Source: an uncultured Candidatus Saccharibacteria bacterium (GTDB lineage: Bacteria > Patescibacteriota > Minisyncoccia > Minisyncoccales > Staskawiczbacteraceae). Taken from it: a stretch of DNA of 64,000 nucleotides. The notes beneath the pieces are model-generated. The model made no database searches. It was not told the origin of the DNA and saw only the letters and a program-made list of their open reading frames with translations. The stretch lies in NCBI GenBank assembly GCA_964479955.1, contig CAYZNK010000001.1, forward strand, positions 219,824-283,823. Direction: 5' to 3'. The translations under genes were made by a program, and so were the position numbers. Shown here one piece after another: positions 1 to 10,363 of the stretch (its first letter is position 1; the number at the start of each line of letters is the position of its first letter).

Positions 1-2
1 GA

Positions 3-773
3 AACAAAATTGTTGCCGGGGCAGGGACAACTTTGTCTGACTTAGCAAAGTTTGCGTTTGAAAGCGGATTGTCCGGTTTGGAGTGGGCGGCCGGAATTCC
101 CAAGGCAACTGTTGGGGGAGCTGTTTTTGGAAATGCGCAGGCATTTGGGGATAGAATTTCGGATGTTGTAAAAGCCGTTGAGGCTTTGGATGCAAAAACA
201 TTGGAATTTAAAAAGCTTACAAAAGACCAGTGCGGGTTTAATTTAAAAAATAGTGTTTTCAAAAAAACCGTAAAAAATGCCAACAGACTTATAATTATCT
301 CCGCTGTTTTTTTATTAAAAAAGCAGGACAAGGAAATAATAAGAGAAAAAATAAAAGAGCTTTTAAAGTACAGAAAAGACAGGCACCCTTTAAATTTTCC
401 TTCTGCCGGGTCTGTGTTTGTAAATCCGGAAATTTATCCTGTTAAGTTTGCGCAAACAGGGTCTGCGGGCAAATCTGCAGGTTATGGAGGGCAAAAAACA
501 ATCAGCAAGGAGCTGGTTGAAAAGTTTCCTGAATTGGAAGACTTTAATAAAAAAGGCGTAATACATGCAGGATACTTGATTGAAAAAGCCGGATTAAAAG
601 GTAAAAAAATTGGCAGGGCGCAGATTTCTGAAAAGCACGCAAATTTTATAATCAACCTTGGCGGGGCAAAAGCAAAAGACATTGAAGGGCTTGTAAAGCT
701 GGTAAAGCAGAGGGTAAAAAAAATATTTAACATTGACCTTGAAACAGAAATACAAATAATAAAGATGCCGTAG
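3..773 (+). CDS. murB: UDP-N-acetylenolpyruvoylglucosamine reductase MurB, C-terminal part (5' end lies outside the window)
   Basis: Frame is open from the window edge. MurB-like motifs GLSGLEWAAGIPKATVGGAVFGNAQAFG, PSAGSVFVNP and GYLIEKAGLKGKKIGRAQISEKHANFIIN. Confidence 0.85.
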   Translation, partial: NKIVAGAGTTLSDLAKFAFESGLSGLEWAAGIPKATVGGAVFGNAQAFGDRISDVVKAVEALDAKTLEFKKLTKDQCGFNLKNSVFKKTVKNANRLIIISAVFLLKKQDKEIIREKIKELLKYRKDRHPLNFPSAGSVFVNPEIYPVKFAQTGSAGKSAGYGGQKTISKELVEKFPELEDFNKKGVIHAGYLIEKAGLKGKKIGRAQISEKHANFIINLGGAKAKDIEGLVKLVKQRVKKIFNIDLETEIQIIKMP

Positions 774-838
774 CTTGCAAAAGTTATCAACCAGCCTATT
801 GGCAGATTGCATAATTTTGGGCTTGCTTGGCAAATTAT

Positions 839-1210
839 ATGGAAATAATAATTAAAACAAAAAATTTGGATTTAACTCCAATCCTTCAGCAATTTATTGA
901 AGAAAAAATAGGCAGTTTAAAAAAGTTTTTGGATGTTTTAAAAAAAGAGGAATCAGGGAAAACGTTATCTGAAATTTTTGTTGAGGTACAAAAAGCCACA
1001 ATGCACCACAGGAAAGGGGATGTTTTTGTGGTAGAGGCAAAGATTTATCTGCCGGGCAGAAGTTTGATTGCAAAAGTAACAGGAGACGATATGGAAAACG
1101 CAATAGTTGAATTAAAAGACGAGCTTCAGCAGGAGATAAAAAAATACAAGGTAAAGAAAACAGACATAGCAATCAGAAAGCAAAGAAAAAACAAGGATGT
1201 CAATCTTTAG
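839..1210 (+). CDS. hpf: Ribosome hibernation promoting factor / RaiA (S30AE family)
   Basis: MEIIIKTKNLDLTPILQQFIEEKIGSLKKF... is a typical HPF N-terminus. The ATG at 839 is preferred over the TTG at 827. The 3' end overlaps the secA start by 14 nt. Confidence 0.8.
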   Translation: MEIIIKTKNLDLTPILQQFIEEKIGSLKKFLDVLKKEESGKTLSEIFVEVQKATMHHRKGDVFVVEAKIYLPGRSLIAKVTGDDMENAIVELKDELQQEIKKYKVKKTDIAIRKQRKNKDVNL

Positions 1211-3614
1211 TAAAATATTCGGGGACCCGAATGAAAAATATATAAAGTCGTTAAGGCCGGTTTTGGATAAGATAAATTCTTTTGCAGAATCTTTTGAAAA
1301 ACTGTCTGGAGAAGAATTAAAAGCAAAGACAGCAGAGCTAAAAGAAAATCTTTTGCCAAAAAGCGGCAGTGGAAAAACTTTGGACGATTTGTTGCCCGAA
1401 GCTTTTGCTTTGGTGAGGGAGGCCTCAAGAAGAACTTTAAACCAAAGGCATTTTGAGTGCCAGCTGATTGGCGGGATTGTTTTGCATCAGGGCAGGATTG
1501 CTGAAATGAAAACAGGAGAAGGAAAAACATTGTCGGCTACTTTGCCAACTTATTTGAATGCGCTTGAAGGCAAGGGAGTGCATATTATTACAGTAAACGA
1601 TTATTTGGCAAAAAGGGACATGGTTTGGATGGGGCAGATTTACAATGCGCTTGGGATGTCGGTTGGGTGCATTACAAATGAAGGTGGGTATATATATGAT
1701 GCAGAATACAAAAATAAAGAAGAGGATAAAGAAAGGGATATTGTTGGGGGGTTTAAGGTTGTGCAGGACTTTTTAAAGCCTGTTTCAAAAAAAGAGGCTT
1801 ATGGGGCAGATATTACTTATGGCACAAACAACGAGTTTGGGTTTGACTATTTAAGGGACAATATGGTCATTGATAAAAGCCAGGAAGTGCAAAGAAGCCA
1901 TAACTTTGCCATTGTTGACGAAGTTGATTCAATTTTAATTGACGAGGCGCGGGTGCCTTTAATTATTTCAGGGCAGGGAGAAGACGCCACAGACAAGTAT
2001 TATAACTTTGCTAAAATTGTTTTGCCCTTGGAAAAGGATATAGACTACACAATTGATGAAAAAATGAAAACAGCAACCTTTACAGAGCAGGGCCAAAACA
2101 GGGTTGTAAAAGTTTTGGGAAGCGATCCGTGGTATGACAACGACATTACCACAACGCACCAGTTGGAATCTGCATTAAGGGCAAAAGCTTTGTTTATAAA
2201 AGACAGGGATTATACTGTAAAAGGCGGAGAGGTTTTAATTATTGACGAGTTTACCGGAAGGATTTTGCCGGGGCGCAGGTGGTCTGGCGGGCTTCATCAG
2301 GCTGTTGAGGCAAAAGAGGGTTTAAGAGTGAATCCCGAATCTTTAACAATGGCAACAATTACTTTCCAAAATTATTTTAGGATGTACAAAAAGCTTGCCG
2401 GAATGACGGGAACCGCTTTGACTTCGGCAGAAGAGTTTGACAAGGTTTACAAGCTGGACGTTGTTTCAATCCCAACAAACAAACCTTTGCAAAGAAATGA
2501 TTCTGCAGACAAAGTTTTTAAAACAGAAACCGGAAAATATAAGGCAGTTGTAAAAGAAATTGAAGAACTTCACAAAAAAGGCCAGCCAATTTTGGTTGGC
2601 ACAAAGTCTGTTGAAAAAAATGAGTATCTTGGAAAATTGCTTAGCGTGCAGGGAATACCCCATGAAATTTTAAATGCAAAGAACCACGAAAGGGAAGGAG
2701 AAATAATAGCGCAGGCAGGAAAAAAAGGGTCTGTTACAATTGCAACAAACATGGCAGGGCGTGGAGTTGACATTATTCTGGGAGGGAACCCGTCAACAAA
2801 AGAGGAGTCGCAAAAAATTAAGGAGCTGGGCGGGTTGCATGTTATTGGAACAGAAAGGCACGATGCAAGAAGAATTGACAATCAGCTTAGGGGAAGGTCG
2901 GGCAGGCAGGGAGACCCTGGTTCAACGCAATTTTTTATTTCTTTAGAGGATGACTTGATGAGGATTTTTGGCGGAGAAAAAATAAAGTCATTGATGAATG
3001 TTTTAAATGTGCCAGAAGACGAGCCCTTGCAGGCCGGGATGATTTCAGGGGCAATTGAGTCTGCCCAGACAAAAATTGAAGGGTTTAATTTTGACGCAAG
3101 ACATCACTTGCTTGAATATGATGACGTTATAAACAAGCACAGGGAAATAATATACAAGAAACGCAAGGCGATTTTAGAAAACCCCAAATCAGAAATTTTA
3201 AATTCCGAACAGATTAAAAATGAAGATTTTAAAAATGAACTGGACAAAAAAGAAAAAGAACTTGGCGAAGAAAATTTTAATCAAGTTTGCAAATTTGTTA
3301 GTTTGAAAGTTTTGGACACTCTGTGGCAGGAGCATTTGTCTTATATGGACCATGTAAGGGATTCTGTAAGGTTAAGGGCTTATGCTGGGAGAGACCCTTT
3401 GGTGGAATATAAAAACGAGGGGCGCAAGGCGTTTGCGCAGTTGTTGGCAACAATTGATTCAACAATTGCAGAAAACATAATAAAGGCAGGCTTGGTTAAA
3501 CCTCAAAATTCAATGCCAATTCGCCAACCGGCGGATCAAAATAAAGAAGTTGGCAGAAACGACCCTTGCCCTTGCGGTAGTGGTAAAAAATATAAACGTT
3601 GCCATGGCAAATAA
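1197..3614 (+). CDS. secA: Preprotein translocase ATPase SecA
   Basis: 805 aa. MKTGEGKTL Walker A, DEVDSILIDEARVPLIISG, TNMAGRGVDI, and the C-terminal zinc motif CPCGSGKKYKRCHG. Confidence 0.97.
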   Translation: MSIFSKIFGDPNEKYIKSLRPVLDKINSFAESFEKLSGEELKAKTAELKENLLPKSGSGKTLDDLLPEAFALVREASRRTLNQRHFECQLIGGIVLHQGRIAEMKTGEGKTLSATLPTYLNALEGKGVHIITVNDYLAKRDMVWMGQIYNALGMSVGCITNEGGYIYDAEYKNKEEDKERDIVGGFKVVQDFLKPVSKKEAYGADITYGTNNEFGFDYLRDNMVIDKSQEVQRSHNFAIVDEVDSILIDEARVPLIISGQGEDATDKYYNFAKIVLPLEKDIDYTIDEKMKTATFTEQGQNRVVKVLGSDPWYDNDITTTHQLESALRAKALFIKDRDYTVKGGEVLIIDEFTGRILPGRRWSGGLHQAVEAKEGLRVNPESLTMATITFQNYFRMYKKLAGMTGTALTSAEEFDKVYKLDVVSIPTNKPLQRNDSADKVFKTETGKYKAVVKEIEELHKKGQPILVGTKSVEKNEYLGKLLSVQGIPHEILNAKNHEREGEIIAQAGKKGSVTIATNMAGRGVDIILGGNPSTKEESQKIKELGGLHVIGTERHDARRIDNQLRGRSGRQGDPGSTQFFISLEDDLMRIFGGEKIKSLMNVLNVPEDEPLQAGMISGAIESAQTKIEGFNFDARHHLLEYDDVINKHREIIYKKRKAILENPKSEILNSEQIKNEDFKNELDKKEKELGEENFNQVCKFVSLKVLDTLWQEHLSYMDHVRDSVRLRAYAGRDPLVEYKNEGRKAFAQLLATIDSTIAENIIKAGLVKPQNSMPIRQPADQNKEVGRNDPCPCGSGKKYKRCHGK

Positions 3615-3804
3615 TATGGATGAAAAAACTTTTGAAAAAGAAATTGCAATGTGCAAAGAGCTATCTAAAAAGAACGGTGGCAAATGCAATTGGGGCGAAT
3701 GTGAAAAATGCGGCGTTGTTCCTTTGTTGTATAAGTTAGGCAAAGGTAAATTATACGAAGCTAAAGACGAGGTAGAGAAAATTAAGAAAGCTACATTACA
3801 ATAG
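3604..3804 (+). CDS. Small Cys-rich hypothetical protein (66 aa); its start overlaps the secA stop
   Basis: The ATG at 3604 overlaps the secA stop codon. Contains the motif KCNWGECEKCGVVPLLYKL. No family recognised. Confidence 0.4.
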   Translation: MANNMDEKTFEKEIAMCKELSKKNGGKCNWGECEKCGVVPLLYKLGKGKLYEAKDEVEKIKKATLQ

Positions 3805-3846
3805 AAACACATTATAGATTTTTGATGGATGTCTGTAAAAAAATTG

Positions 3847-3881
3847 TCTGCGGCCGCAAAAGCGGTGCGCAGATTTTTTTT
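3847..3881 (+). terminator. Rho-independent terminator
   Basis: tctgcg...cgcaga stem with an inner gccgc/gcggt pairing, followed by a T-run. Confidence 0.65.
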
Positions 3882-3938
3882 GTGTGGTAAAATTAGTTAA
3901 ATAGGAGTTTAGAGATAAAATTAACGATTAACAAAAAT

Positions 3939-4241
3939 ATGAAATATAATAAGCTTGTAAGGGATAAAATTCCCGAATATATAAAAAGCAAAGGCGGAAC
4001 GCCAATTATTCATATTGCAGACGATAACGAATACTGGCAGAAATTAAAAGAAAAACTTCAGGAAGAAACAGAGGAATTTTTTGAAAAAGAAGTTATTGAA
4101 GAAATGGCGGATATTCAGGAAGTTGTTGATGCTATGTGTGACTATAAAAATTTTAACAAAGAGAATCTTGATAATGTCAGGCAGAGGAAAACTGAAGAAC
4201 GCGGGGCATTTAAGAAAAAAATTATTTTGGAAGAATCATGA
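3939..4241 (+). CDS. MazG-like / PRA-PH-like nucleoside triphosphate pyrophosphohydrolase
   Basis: N-terminal [11 protein letters not shown] plus acidic helices [22 protein letters not shown], characteristic of all-alpha NTP pyrophosphohydrolases. Confidence 0.65.
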   Translation: MKYNKLVRDKIPEYIKSKGGTPIIHIADDNEYWQKLKEKLQEETEEFFEKEVIEEMADIQEVVDAMCDYKNFNKENLDNVRQRKTEERGAFKKKIILEES

Positions 4242-4702
4242 AAAAATTGCAGACACTGATAATAATTCATCAGCATCCCAAAATATTACTTGGAATGAAA
4301 AAGCGCGGATTTGGCGCAGGCAGATGGAACGGCTTTGGTGGAAAGCTTGCTGACGGAGAAACAATTGAGCAGGCGGCTCACAGGGAAATTTTTGAGGAAG
4401 CCGGCATAAAATGTGATGGCTTGCAAAAGGCGGGAGTTATTGATTTTGAGTTTAAAGGAAAACCGGAAATTTTACAGGTGCATATTTTTAAGGCCGATAA
4501 TTATTCAGGCAGTATAAAAGAAACAGAGGAAATGAGACCGCAGTGGTTTGATGTTAGTGAAATTCCGTTTAAAAATATGTGGCCGGATGATATTTATTGG
4601 TTGCCGATGTTTTTGGACGGTAAAAAATTCAGGGGAAAATTTGTTTTTGGGGAGTCTGATGCAATTATTGAAAATGAATTGCAGGAAGTAAAAGAAATAT
4701 AA
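4238..4702 (+). CDS. Nudix hydrolase (MutT / 8-oxo-dGTPase-like)
   Basis: Nudix box [24 protein letters not shown]. 4-nt overlap with the upstream MazG-like gene. Confidence 0.8.
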   Translation: MKKLQTLIIIHQHPKILLGMKKRGFGAGRWNGFGGKLADGETIEQAAHREIFEEAGIKCDGLQKAGVIDFEFKGKPEILQVHIFKADNYSGSIKETEEMRPQWFDVSEIPFKNMWPDDIYWLPMFLDGKKFRGKFVFGESDAIIENELQEVKEI

Positions 4703-4709
4703 TCAGAAT

Positions 4710-5597
4710 ATGGCGGGCTATAAAAAAATAATTATTTTTTTGATTATAGTTTTCTCCCTTGGGGCCGGTTTTTGGTTTAGGGAAGATATTTTGAAATTTT
4801 TGGATTATGCCGGCTCGCAAATAAACATAGGTATTAATGATTTTCAAAAAACAGAGGTGGGGAATCTTATAACAAGGGCGCAAAAAGAAATATTTACGCC
4901 TTATCCCTTGAACATAGGCGGAGCCAAAAAAGAAGTTGTTTTATTAAAAAGCAAGATTATAGAAGAGACAAATTTGCAGAGAAAAACCGCAGGCCTGCCG
5001 GAGCTTGCTGAAAACGAATTATTAAACCAGGCAGCTTTGGCAAAAGCCAACGATATGTTTAAGAATCAATACTTTGAGCACATATCTCCTGAAGGAATAA
5101 GCTCGGGGGATTTGGTGCAGTTTTATGGATATGAATATATTGTCACGGGGGAAAACCTTATACTTGGAAATTTTGAAAATGAAGCTGAGCTTGTTGAAAG
5201 CTGGATGAACAGCCCGGGCCACAGGGAAAATATTTTGAATTCCCGATATACTGATATAGGAATTTCTGTTGTGCAGGGAAACTATGAGGGTCATTCTGTA
5301 TGGATATCTGTGCAGGAATTTGGTTTTCCTTTGTCTGTATGTGAGGAGCCTGACAGCGGTTTTAAAAATCAAATTGACAGTAAAAAAACAAATTTGGACC
5401 AGTTGGGGCTTAGTATTGACCAAAAGAAAGCGCAAATTGAGACAGCAGACAGAAATACGGCATATTACAATCAGATGATAAATGATTATAACTTGATGGT
5501 GCAGGATTATAATAGCTTGGCAGAGGAGCTAAAAGAAATGGTTTCAGTATATAACAGGCAGGTAAATGATTTTAACAATTGTGTTAAAGGAAAATAA
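4710..5597 (+). CDS. Membrane-anchored CAP/SCP (YkwD-like) domain protein with a coiled-coil tail
   Basis: N-terminal TM helix. CAP motif WMNSPGHRENILNSRYTDIGISV. Confidence 0.7.
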   Translation: MAGYKKIIIFLIIVFSLGAGFWFREDILKFLDYAGSQINIGINDFQKTEVGNLITRAQKEIFTPYPLNIGGAKKEVVLLKSKIIEETNLQRKTAGLPELAENELLNQAALAKANDMFKNQYFEHISPEGISSGDLVQFYGYEYIVTGENLILGNFENEAELVESWMNSPGHRENILNSRYTDIGISVVQGNYEGHSVWISVQEFGFPLSVCEEPDSGFKNQIDSKKTNLDQLGLSIDQKKAQIETADRNTAYYNQMINDYNLMVQDYNSLAEELKEMVSVYNRQVNDFNNCVKGK

Positions 5598-5600
5598 AAA

Positions 5601-5628
5601 AACCGTGATTTCCTTTCACGGTTTTGTC
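5601..5628. terminator. Bidirectional hairpin terminator between convergent genes
   Basis: aaccgtga / tcacggtt stem flanked by an A-run and a T-run. Confidence 0.6.
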
Positions 5629-5651
5629 TTGCCTCACGGCGTTGAAAGAAC

Positions 5652-5924
5652 TTATGCTCCGTCGCCATTGATGTGGTTTCTCTTATGAGGTCCCCCAAGG
5701 ATTTTGTCTATCTGTACAAATTTAACTTCGCAACATTCATCTTCTTCAAATAATTCGTCTGGACTTAAAGTCATGGGGACGCAGTTTTGCGGAACAAGAT
5801 CTTCGGGAAAAGCAATCACTATGTGCGCCTTTCTGTCGCTATTACTAATAAAATAGGTCTCTCCAGACCGAAAACCTTTTCCTTTTTCACCCCAGATTCT
5901 TCTGACAATTATTTTTTCTCCCAC
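5652..5924 (-). CDS. Hypothetical protein (90 aa)
   Basis: Clean ORF convergent with the CAP gene. No family recognised. Confidence 0.35.
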   Translation of the reverse strand: MGEKIIVRRIWGEKGKGFRSGETYFISNSDRKAHIVIAFPEDLVPQNCVPMTLSPDELFEEDECCEVKFVQIDKILGGPHKRNHINGDGA

Positions 5925-6065
5925 GGTATTTTCTCCTATCCAAAGAGAAAAAACTTAGAAAACAAAGAGCTTTAAATATAATAACTTTTTTTAAGGTATA
6001 ATAGCAATAGTTGTTTTATAAAATTTTTTAAATTAAGATTATTAAAACAGTAAAAAAGAAAAAAT

Positions 6066-6566
6066 ATGAAAATTGCAATCATTTCAGACACTCACGGAAA
6101 TACGGCAAATTTTAAAAAAGCAATTAACTGGATAAATAAAGAAAACATCGGTTTGGTTTTACATTGCGGGGATATAGGAGCTCCTGAAACATTAAAAGAA
6201 TCTTTAGAAAATTTTAAGGGACAGCTTTTTGGAGTTTTAGGAAATATGGATGCGGATTATAAAATTTCGGTTGGCGAGTATAATAAAATTCCAAACGTAA
6301 AGATAGAAGAAAAAATTTTAGAAATAAAAATCACAAATAAAAATATCGCCCTAACCCACAAACCGGAAGACGCCAGGGAATTGGCTGAATCAGGAAAATA
6401 TGACTTTGTTTTCTATGGACACACGCATAAACCCTGGGAGGAAAAAATTGGAAATTGCAGAATGATAAATCCGGGAGAACTGGCGGGACAAATTTTCAAG
6501 CCCAGTTTTGCAGTTTATGATTTTGAAACAAATTCTCTTAATCTTAAAATTTTAGAAAATATATAG
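6066..6566 (+). CDS. YfcE/MJ0936-family metallophosphoesterase
   Basis: Motifs ISDTHGN, HCGDI, GNMD and YGHTH. Confidence 0.8.
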   Translation: MKIAIISDTHGNTANFKKAINWINKENIGLVLHCGDIGAPETLKESLENFKGQLFGVLGNMDADYKISVGEYNKIPNVKIEEKILEIKITNKNIALTHKPEDARELAESGKYDFVFYGHTHKPWEEKIGNCRMINPGELAGQIFKPSFAVYDFETNSLNLKILENI

Positions 6567-6637
6567 TTTTTAAGATTGACTATTTCAAAATCAAGGGATA
6601 TAATATTAAATTATCTCTAAATTTAATATACTCCAAA

Positions 6638-8062
6638 ATGCAACAGAAACATTATATTTTTATAGTAGTTGTGGTCTTGGCTGTTTTTGCCGGGATTTTT
6701 TCATATCCAAATTATTTTAACAAGGCAGTTGATTATTTAAATTTGAAAATGTCTTGGACATTGCCGCACTTTTGGGAAAGAAATTATTTTTTGGGGCTTG
6801 ATTTACAAGGAGGAGTAAGTTTAGTTTACCAGGCAGACCTTAGCGAGGTTTCAGAAAAATCAGAAGCAATGGAGGCGTTGAGAGATGTCATTGAAAGGAG
6901 AATAAACCTGTTTGGGGTTTCAGAACCTGTTGTGCAAATACAGGGAGAGAATAGGCTTGTCATTGAATTACCGGGAGTTACGGATGTGGAGCAGGCAATT
7001 AAAATGATTGGAGAAACTCCTTATTTGGAATTTGACGAGCAGAGAACCGAAGAAGAAACAAAACAGATAACAGACAAAATACAAGAACTTCAAAAAATCC
7101 AGGAAGAGGGAGGGGATATTACATCTGTTGAAAATTGGTCAATTGCTTTGCAAAACCCATACTTTAAACCAACAGAACTGACAGGAAAATATTTAGAAAA
7201 AGCAACAGTTGTTTTTGATAATACAACTTACAAACCTCAAATCCAGCTTAAGTTTGACGACGAGGGGGCGGAGATTTTTAGGCAGATAACAGCAAGAAAC
7301 ATTGGAAAGCCTTTAGCAATTTATTTGGACGGATATTCAATTATTGACACATCCGGAGACGGAGTTATTGATACATCTGATATATACGCCCCTATTGTAC
7401 AAGATGAAATTCCTGGCGGGGAAGCTATCATCACTTCAACCGATATGAATATACAAACCGCAAACTCAATTGCAACCAGATTAAATTCTGGGGCTTTGCC
7501 TGTTAAGATTGGAGAGCCAATTTCACAGGAAACAGTGGGGCCCACTTTGGGTTCTGTTTCTTTGGAAAAATCCCTGATTGCCGGAATTTTCGGGTTATTG
7601 GCGGTTATTGTTTTTATGATTCTGTTTTACAGGCTGCCGGGCCTCTTGGCATCTGTTGCATTGATAATTTATGTTGCAATCAACCTTTCAATATTTAAAT
7701 TGATTCCCGTTACATTAACAATGGCTGGAATTGGAGGATTTATACTGTCAATTGGAATGGCCGTTGACGCAAATATTTTAATTTTTGCAAGAATGAAAGA
7801 AGAAATAAAGCAGGGAAAGTCTTTGTCCCAGTCAATAGATGAAGGATTTAAAAGAGCATGGCCTTCAATTCGCGACAGCAACCTGAATTCTTTGATTGTC
7901 TGCGCCATTTTATTTATGTTTTCAACTTCATTTATAAAGGGATTTGCCCTAACGTTGTCTTTGGGTATCATTGTCAGCTTGTTTTCCGCAATATTCATAA
8001 CTAGGATTTTGTTGATGATGTTTATAGGAAATTGGGTAGAAAACAAAAAGTGGTTGTTATAA
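6638..8062 (+). CDS. secD: Protein translocase subunit SecD
   Basis: LGLDLQGG motif, periplasmic domain, and a C-terminal six-TM block with GIGGFILSIGMAVDANILIFARMKEE. Confidence 0.9.
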   Translation: MQQKHYIFIVVVVLAVFAGIFSYPNYFNKAVDYLNLKMSWTLPHFWERNYFLGLDLQGGVSLVYQADLSEVSEKSEAMEALRDVIERRINLFGVSEPVVQIQGENRLVIELPGVTDVEQAIKMIGETPYLEFDEQRTEEETKQITDKIQELQKIQEEGGDITSVENWSIALQNPYFKPTELTGKYLEKATVVFDNTTYKPQIQLKFDDEGAEIFRQITARNIGKPLAIYLDGYSIIDTSGDGVIDTSDIYAPIVQDEIPGGEAIITSTDMNIQTANSIATRLNSGALPVKIGEPISQETVGPTLGSVSLEKSLIAGIFGLLAVIVFMILFYRLPGLLASVALIIYVAINLSIFKLIPVTLTMAGIGGFILSIGMAVDANILIFARMKEEIKQGKSLSQSIDEGFKRAWPSIRDSNLNSLIVCAILFMFSTSFIKGFALTLSLGIIVSLFSAIFITRILLMMFIGNWVENKKWLL

Positions 8063-8099
8063 TTTAAAAAATAAAAATGCGCCAGATGGCGAAAATCAA

Positions 8100-8999
8100 A
8101 TGAACTTCCAATTTACAAAATATTCAAAAGTTTATTATATTTTTTCAGCGATATTGATTGCGGGCTCAATTTTTGCTTTGTCTGCGTACGGACTAAAATT
8201 TGGAATTGAGTTTGCCGGAGGGAGTAATATGCAAATTGAATTTGAGGGTGTAAGGCCTTCAAATGAATCAATACAGCAGACGCTCGCGGAATTTAATTTG
8301 GGGGAAATAACTGTCCAGCCAACGGGACAAACAGGCGCAATTTTAAAATTTCAGGGAGTTGAAGAATCAGTCCATCAGCAGATACTTGCAAAATTGAACG
8401 ACACTTATAAAGCAACCGAAAAGAGCTTTCAGTATATTGGTCCTTCTGTTGGAAAAGAGTTAAGAAATTCCACACAGGTTGCAATAGCCTTGGCTCTTTT
8501 GGCAATTACTATATATATAGCTTTTGCCTTCAGAAAAGTTTCAAGGCCGGTTTCTTCTTGGAAATACGGAATAGCATCTTTGATTGCGCTCTTTCATGAT
8601 ATTTTAATACCGATTGGAATGTTTTCTGTTTTAGGAAAAATTTATAATGTTGAAATAACAATTCTCATTATAGCGGCCCTTTTGACTGTTTTGGGATTTT
8701 CAGTGCATGATACAATTGTTATTTTTGACAGGATAAGAGAAAATATTTTGAGAAAGGGGATGGGTCAGTTTGAGGATACTGTGAATTGGAGTTTAAATCA
8801 AACACTTGGCAGGTCTTTGAGTACGGTTTTCAGCACATTAATAGTTCTTATATCAATATACTTTTTTGGAGGAGATACGCTTAGATATTTTTCATTAGCC
8901 TTGATTGTTGGAATAACGTCTGGAGCGTATTCATCTATTTTTATAGCCAGCCCCTTGCTTGTTTCTTGGTATAAATTTGGATTAAAGAGGGGTAAATAA
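8100..8999 (+). CDS. secF: Protein translocase subunit SecF
   Basis: GIEFAGG motif. TM block with HDTIVIFDRIREN. Confidence 0.9.
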   Translation: MNFQFTKYSKVYYIFSAILIAGSIFALSAYGLKFGIEFAGGSNMQIEFEGVRPSNESIQQTLAEFNLGEITVQPTGQTGAILKFQGVEESVHQQILAKLNDTYKATEKSFQYIGPSVGKELRNSTQVAIALALLAITIYIAFAFRKVSRPVSSWKYGIASLIALFHDILIPIGMFSVLGKIYNVEITILIIAALLTVLGFSVHDTIVIFDRIRENILRKGMGQFEDTVNWSLNQTLGRSLSTVFSTLIVLISIYFFGGDTLRYFSLALIVGITSGAYSSIFIASPLLVSWYKFGLKRGK

Positions 9000-9117
9000 A
9001 AGATAACTCCAATATATGTTAGCTTAAGAGATTTAAGGTATTTTTGTTAAAAAAGATAGTAGGTAGTTGACAAGGTATTGTTAATATGGTAAACTAAAAT
9101 AATTAAAATTTAAACAT

Positions 9118-10146
9118 ATGGAAAAGGCTAGTTATAAACAAATTTACCAAAAACTTACCAATGGTCTTTCCCCCAAAACAAAAGATGTTTTGAACCGCAG
9201 ATTTGGGGTAAAAACAGGCACACCTGAAACCTTAGAATCAATAGGAAAAACCTTTGGAATCACAAGAGAAAGAGTCCGCCAAATAGAGGAGGTTGGTTTT
9301 AATTATATTAGAAAGCAGAACAAGGAAATCTTGGATGCTGTTTATGCTGATTTTACCAAATATTTTGAAGAAAAAGGCGGGTTCAAAAAAGAAGAAGTTG
9401 CATTAGAAGAGCTGGGAGGAAAAACCCAAAAGCCATATGTTTTATTTTTACTGACACTTGGAAGCCAATTTTCAAAGATTTGCGAGAAAAAAGATTTTTA
9501 CTATTTCTGGTCCACTCTGCCCGAAGCAAAAACAGAAGTAAAGAAAAACCTGGACACCTTGGTTTCTGACATTAAAAAAATAGGCAAGCCCATTTCTAAA
9601 GAAGAATTTTATGGAGAGATTTCTTCAAAGCGCGGTTTTTCACAGTTGGCGATATTGTCATATCTTGAAATTTCAAAGAGAATCCAAGAAAATAAAGAAG
9701 GAAAATTGGGCCTTATTGACTGGCCAGAAATAAAGCCAAGAGGAGTAAGAGACAGGGCATTTTTAGTTTTCAAAAAACACCAAAAACCTTTGCATTTCAC
9801 CGAAGTTGCAACGTTGATAGATAAATTAGAATATAATTTGCCAAACAAAAAAACATACGCGCAGACAGTGCATAATGAGCTGATTAAGGATTCAAGGTTT
9901 GTTTTAGTGGGGCGTGGAACGTATGCTTTGGCTGAATGGGGCTATGCTCCCGGAACAATCAAAGATGTTATTACCGGTCTTTTGGAATCAAAACAAGAGC
10001 CAATGCACAGGGATGAAATCGTAAAAGAAGTTTTATCGCAGAGATTGGTTGCAAAAAATACTGTTTTAATGAACTTAAACAATAAGAAATATTTTGAAAA
10101 AGATTCTCAAGATAAGTATTTCTTAAAAGGAGTTCAGCAAAATTAA
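9118..10146 (+). CDS. Sigma-70 region-4-like HTH protein with a C-terminal HARE-HTH-like domain
   Basis: TLESIGKTFGITRERVRQIEE resembles the sigma-70 region 4 HTH. C-terminal LHFTEVATLIDKL...HNELIKDSRFVLVGRGTYALAEWGY resembles the RpoE-delta/HARE-HTH fold. Confidence 0.55.
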   Translation: MEKASYKQIYQKLTNGLSPKTKDVLNRRFGVKTGTPETLESIGKTFGITRERVRQIEEVGFNYIRKQNKEILDAVYADFTKYFEEKGGFKKEEVALEELGGKTQKPYVLFLLTLGSQFSKICEKKDFYYFWSTLPEAKTEVKKNLDTLVSDIKKIGKPISKEEFYGEISSKRGFSQLAILSYLEISKRIQENKEGKLGLIDWPEIKPRGVRDRAFLVFKKHQKPLHFTEVATLIDKLEYNLPNKKTYAQTVHNELIKDSRFVLVGRGTYALAEWGYAPGTIKDVITGLLESKQEPMHRDEIVKEVLSQRLVAKNTVLMNLNNKKYFEKDSQDKYFLKGVQQN

Positions 10147-10163
10147 AAATTACAAGCAAAAAG

Positions 10164-10186
10164 GCGGGGGAAACCCCGTTTTTTGC
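10164..10186 (+). terminator. Rho-independent terminator
   Basis: cgggg gaaa ccccg hairpin followed by a T-run. Confidence 0.6.
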
Positions 10187-10363
10187 TTTCCGGCAGTTGG
10201 CGAATTAGTTTTCCACAGAGAGATGTCCAGCTAAGTTGGACAAGTTGTACCAATAAGTTAAAATTAATATAAACGCCATAAAAGACCATGGACTTAAGCC
10301 CGTGAATTTATATTTTGACAAAAAACAAGCTAAAAACTATAATAAGGTAAGTTTTTTAATTTT

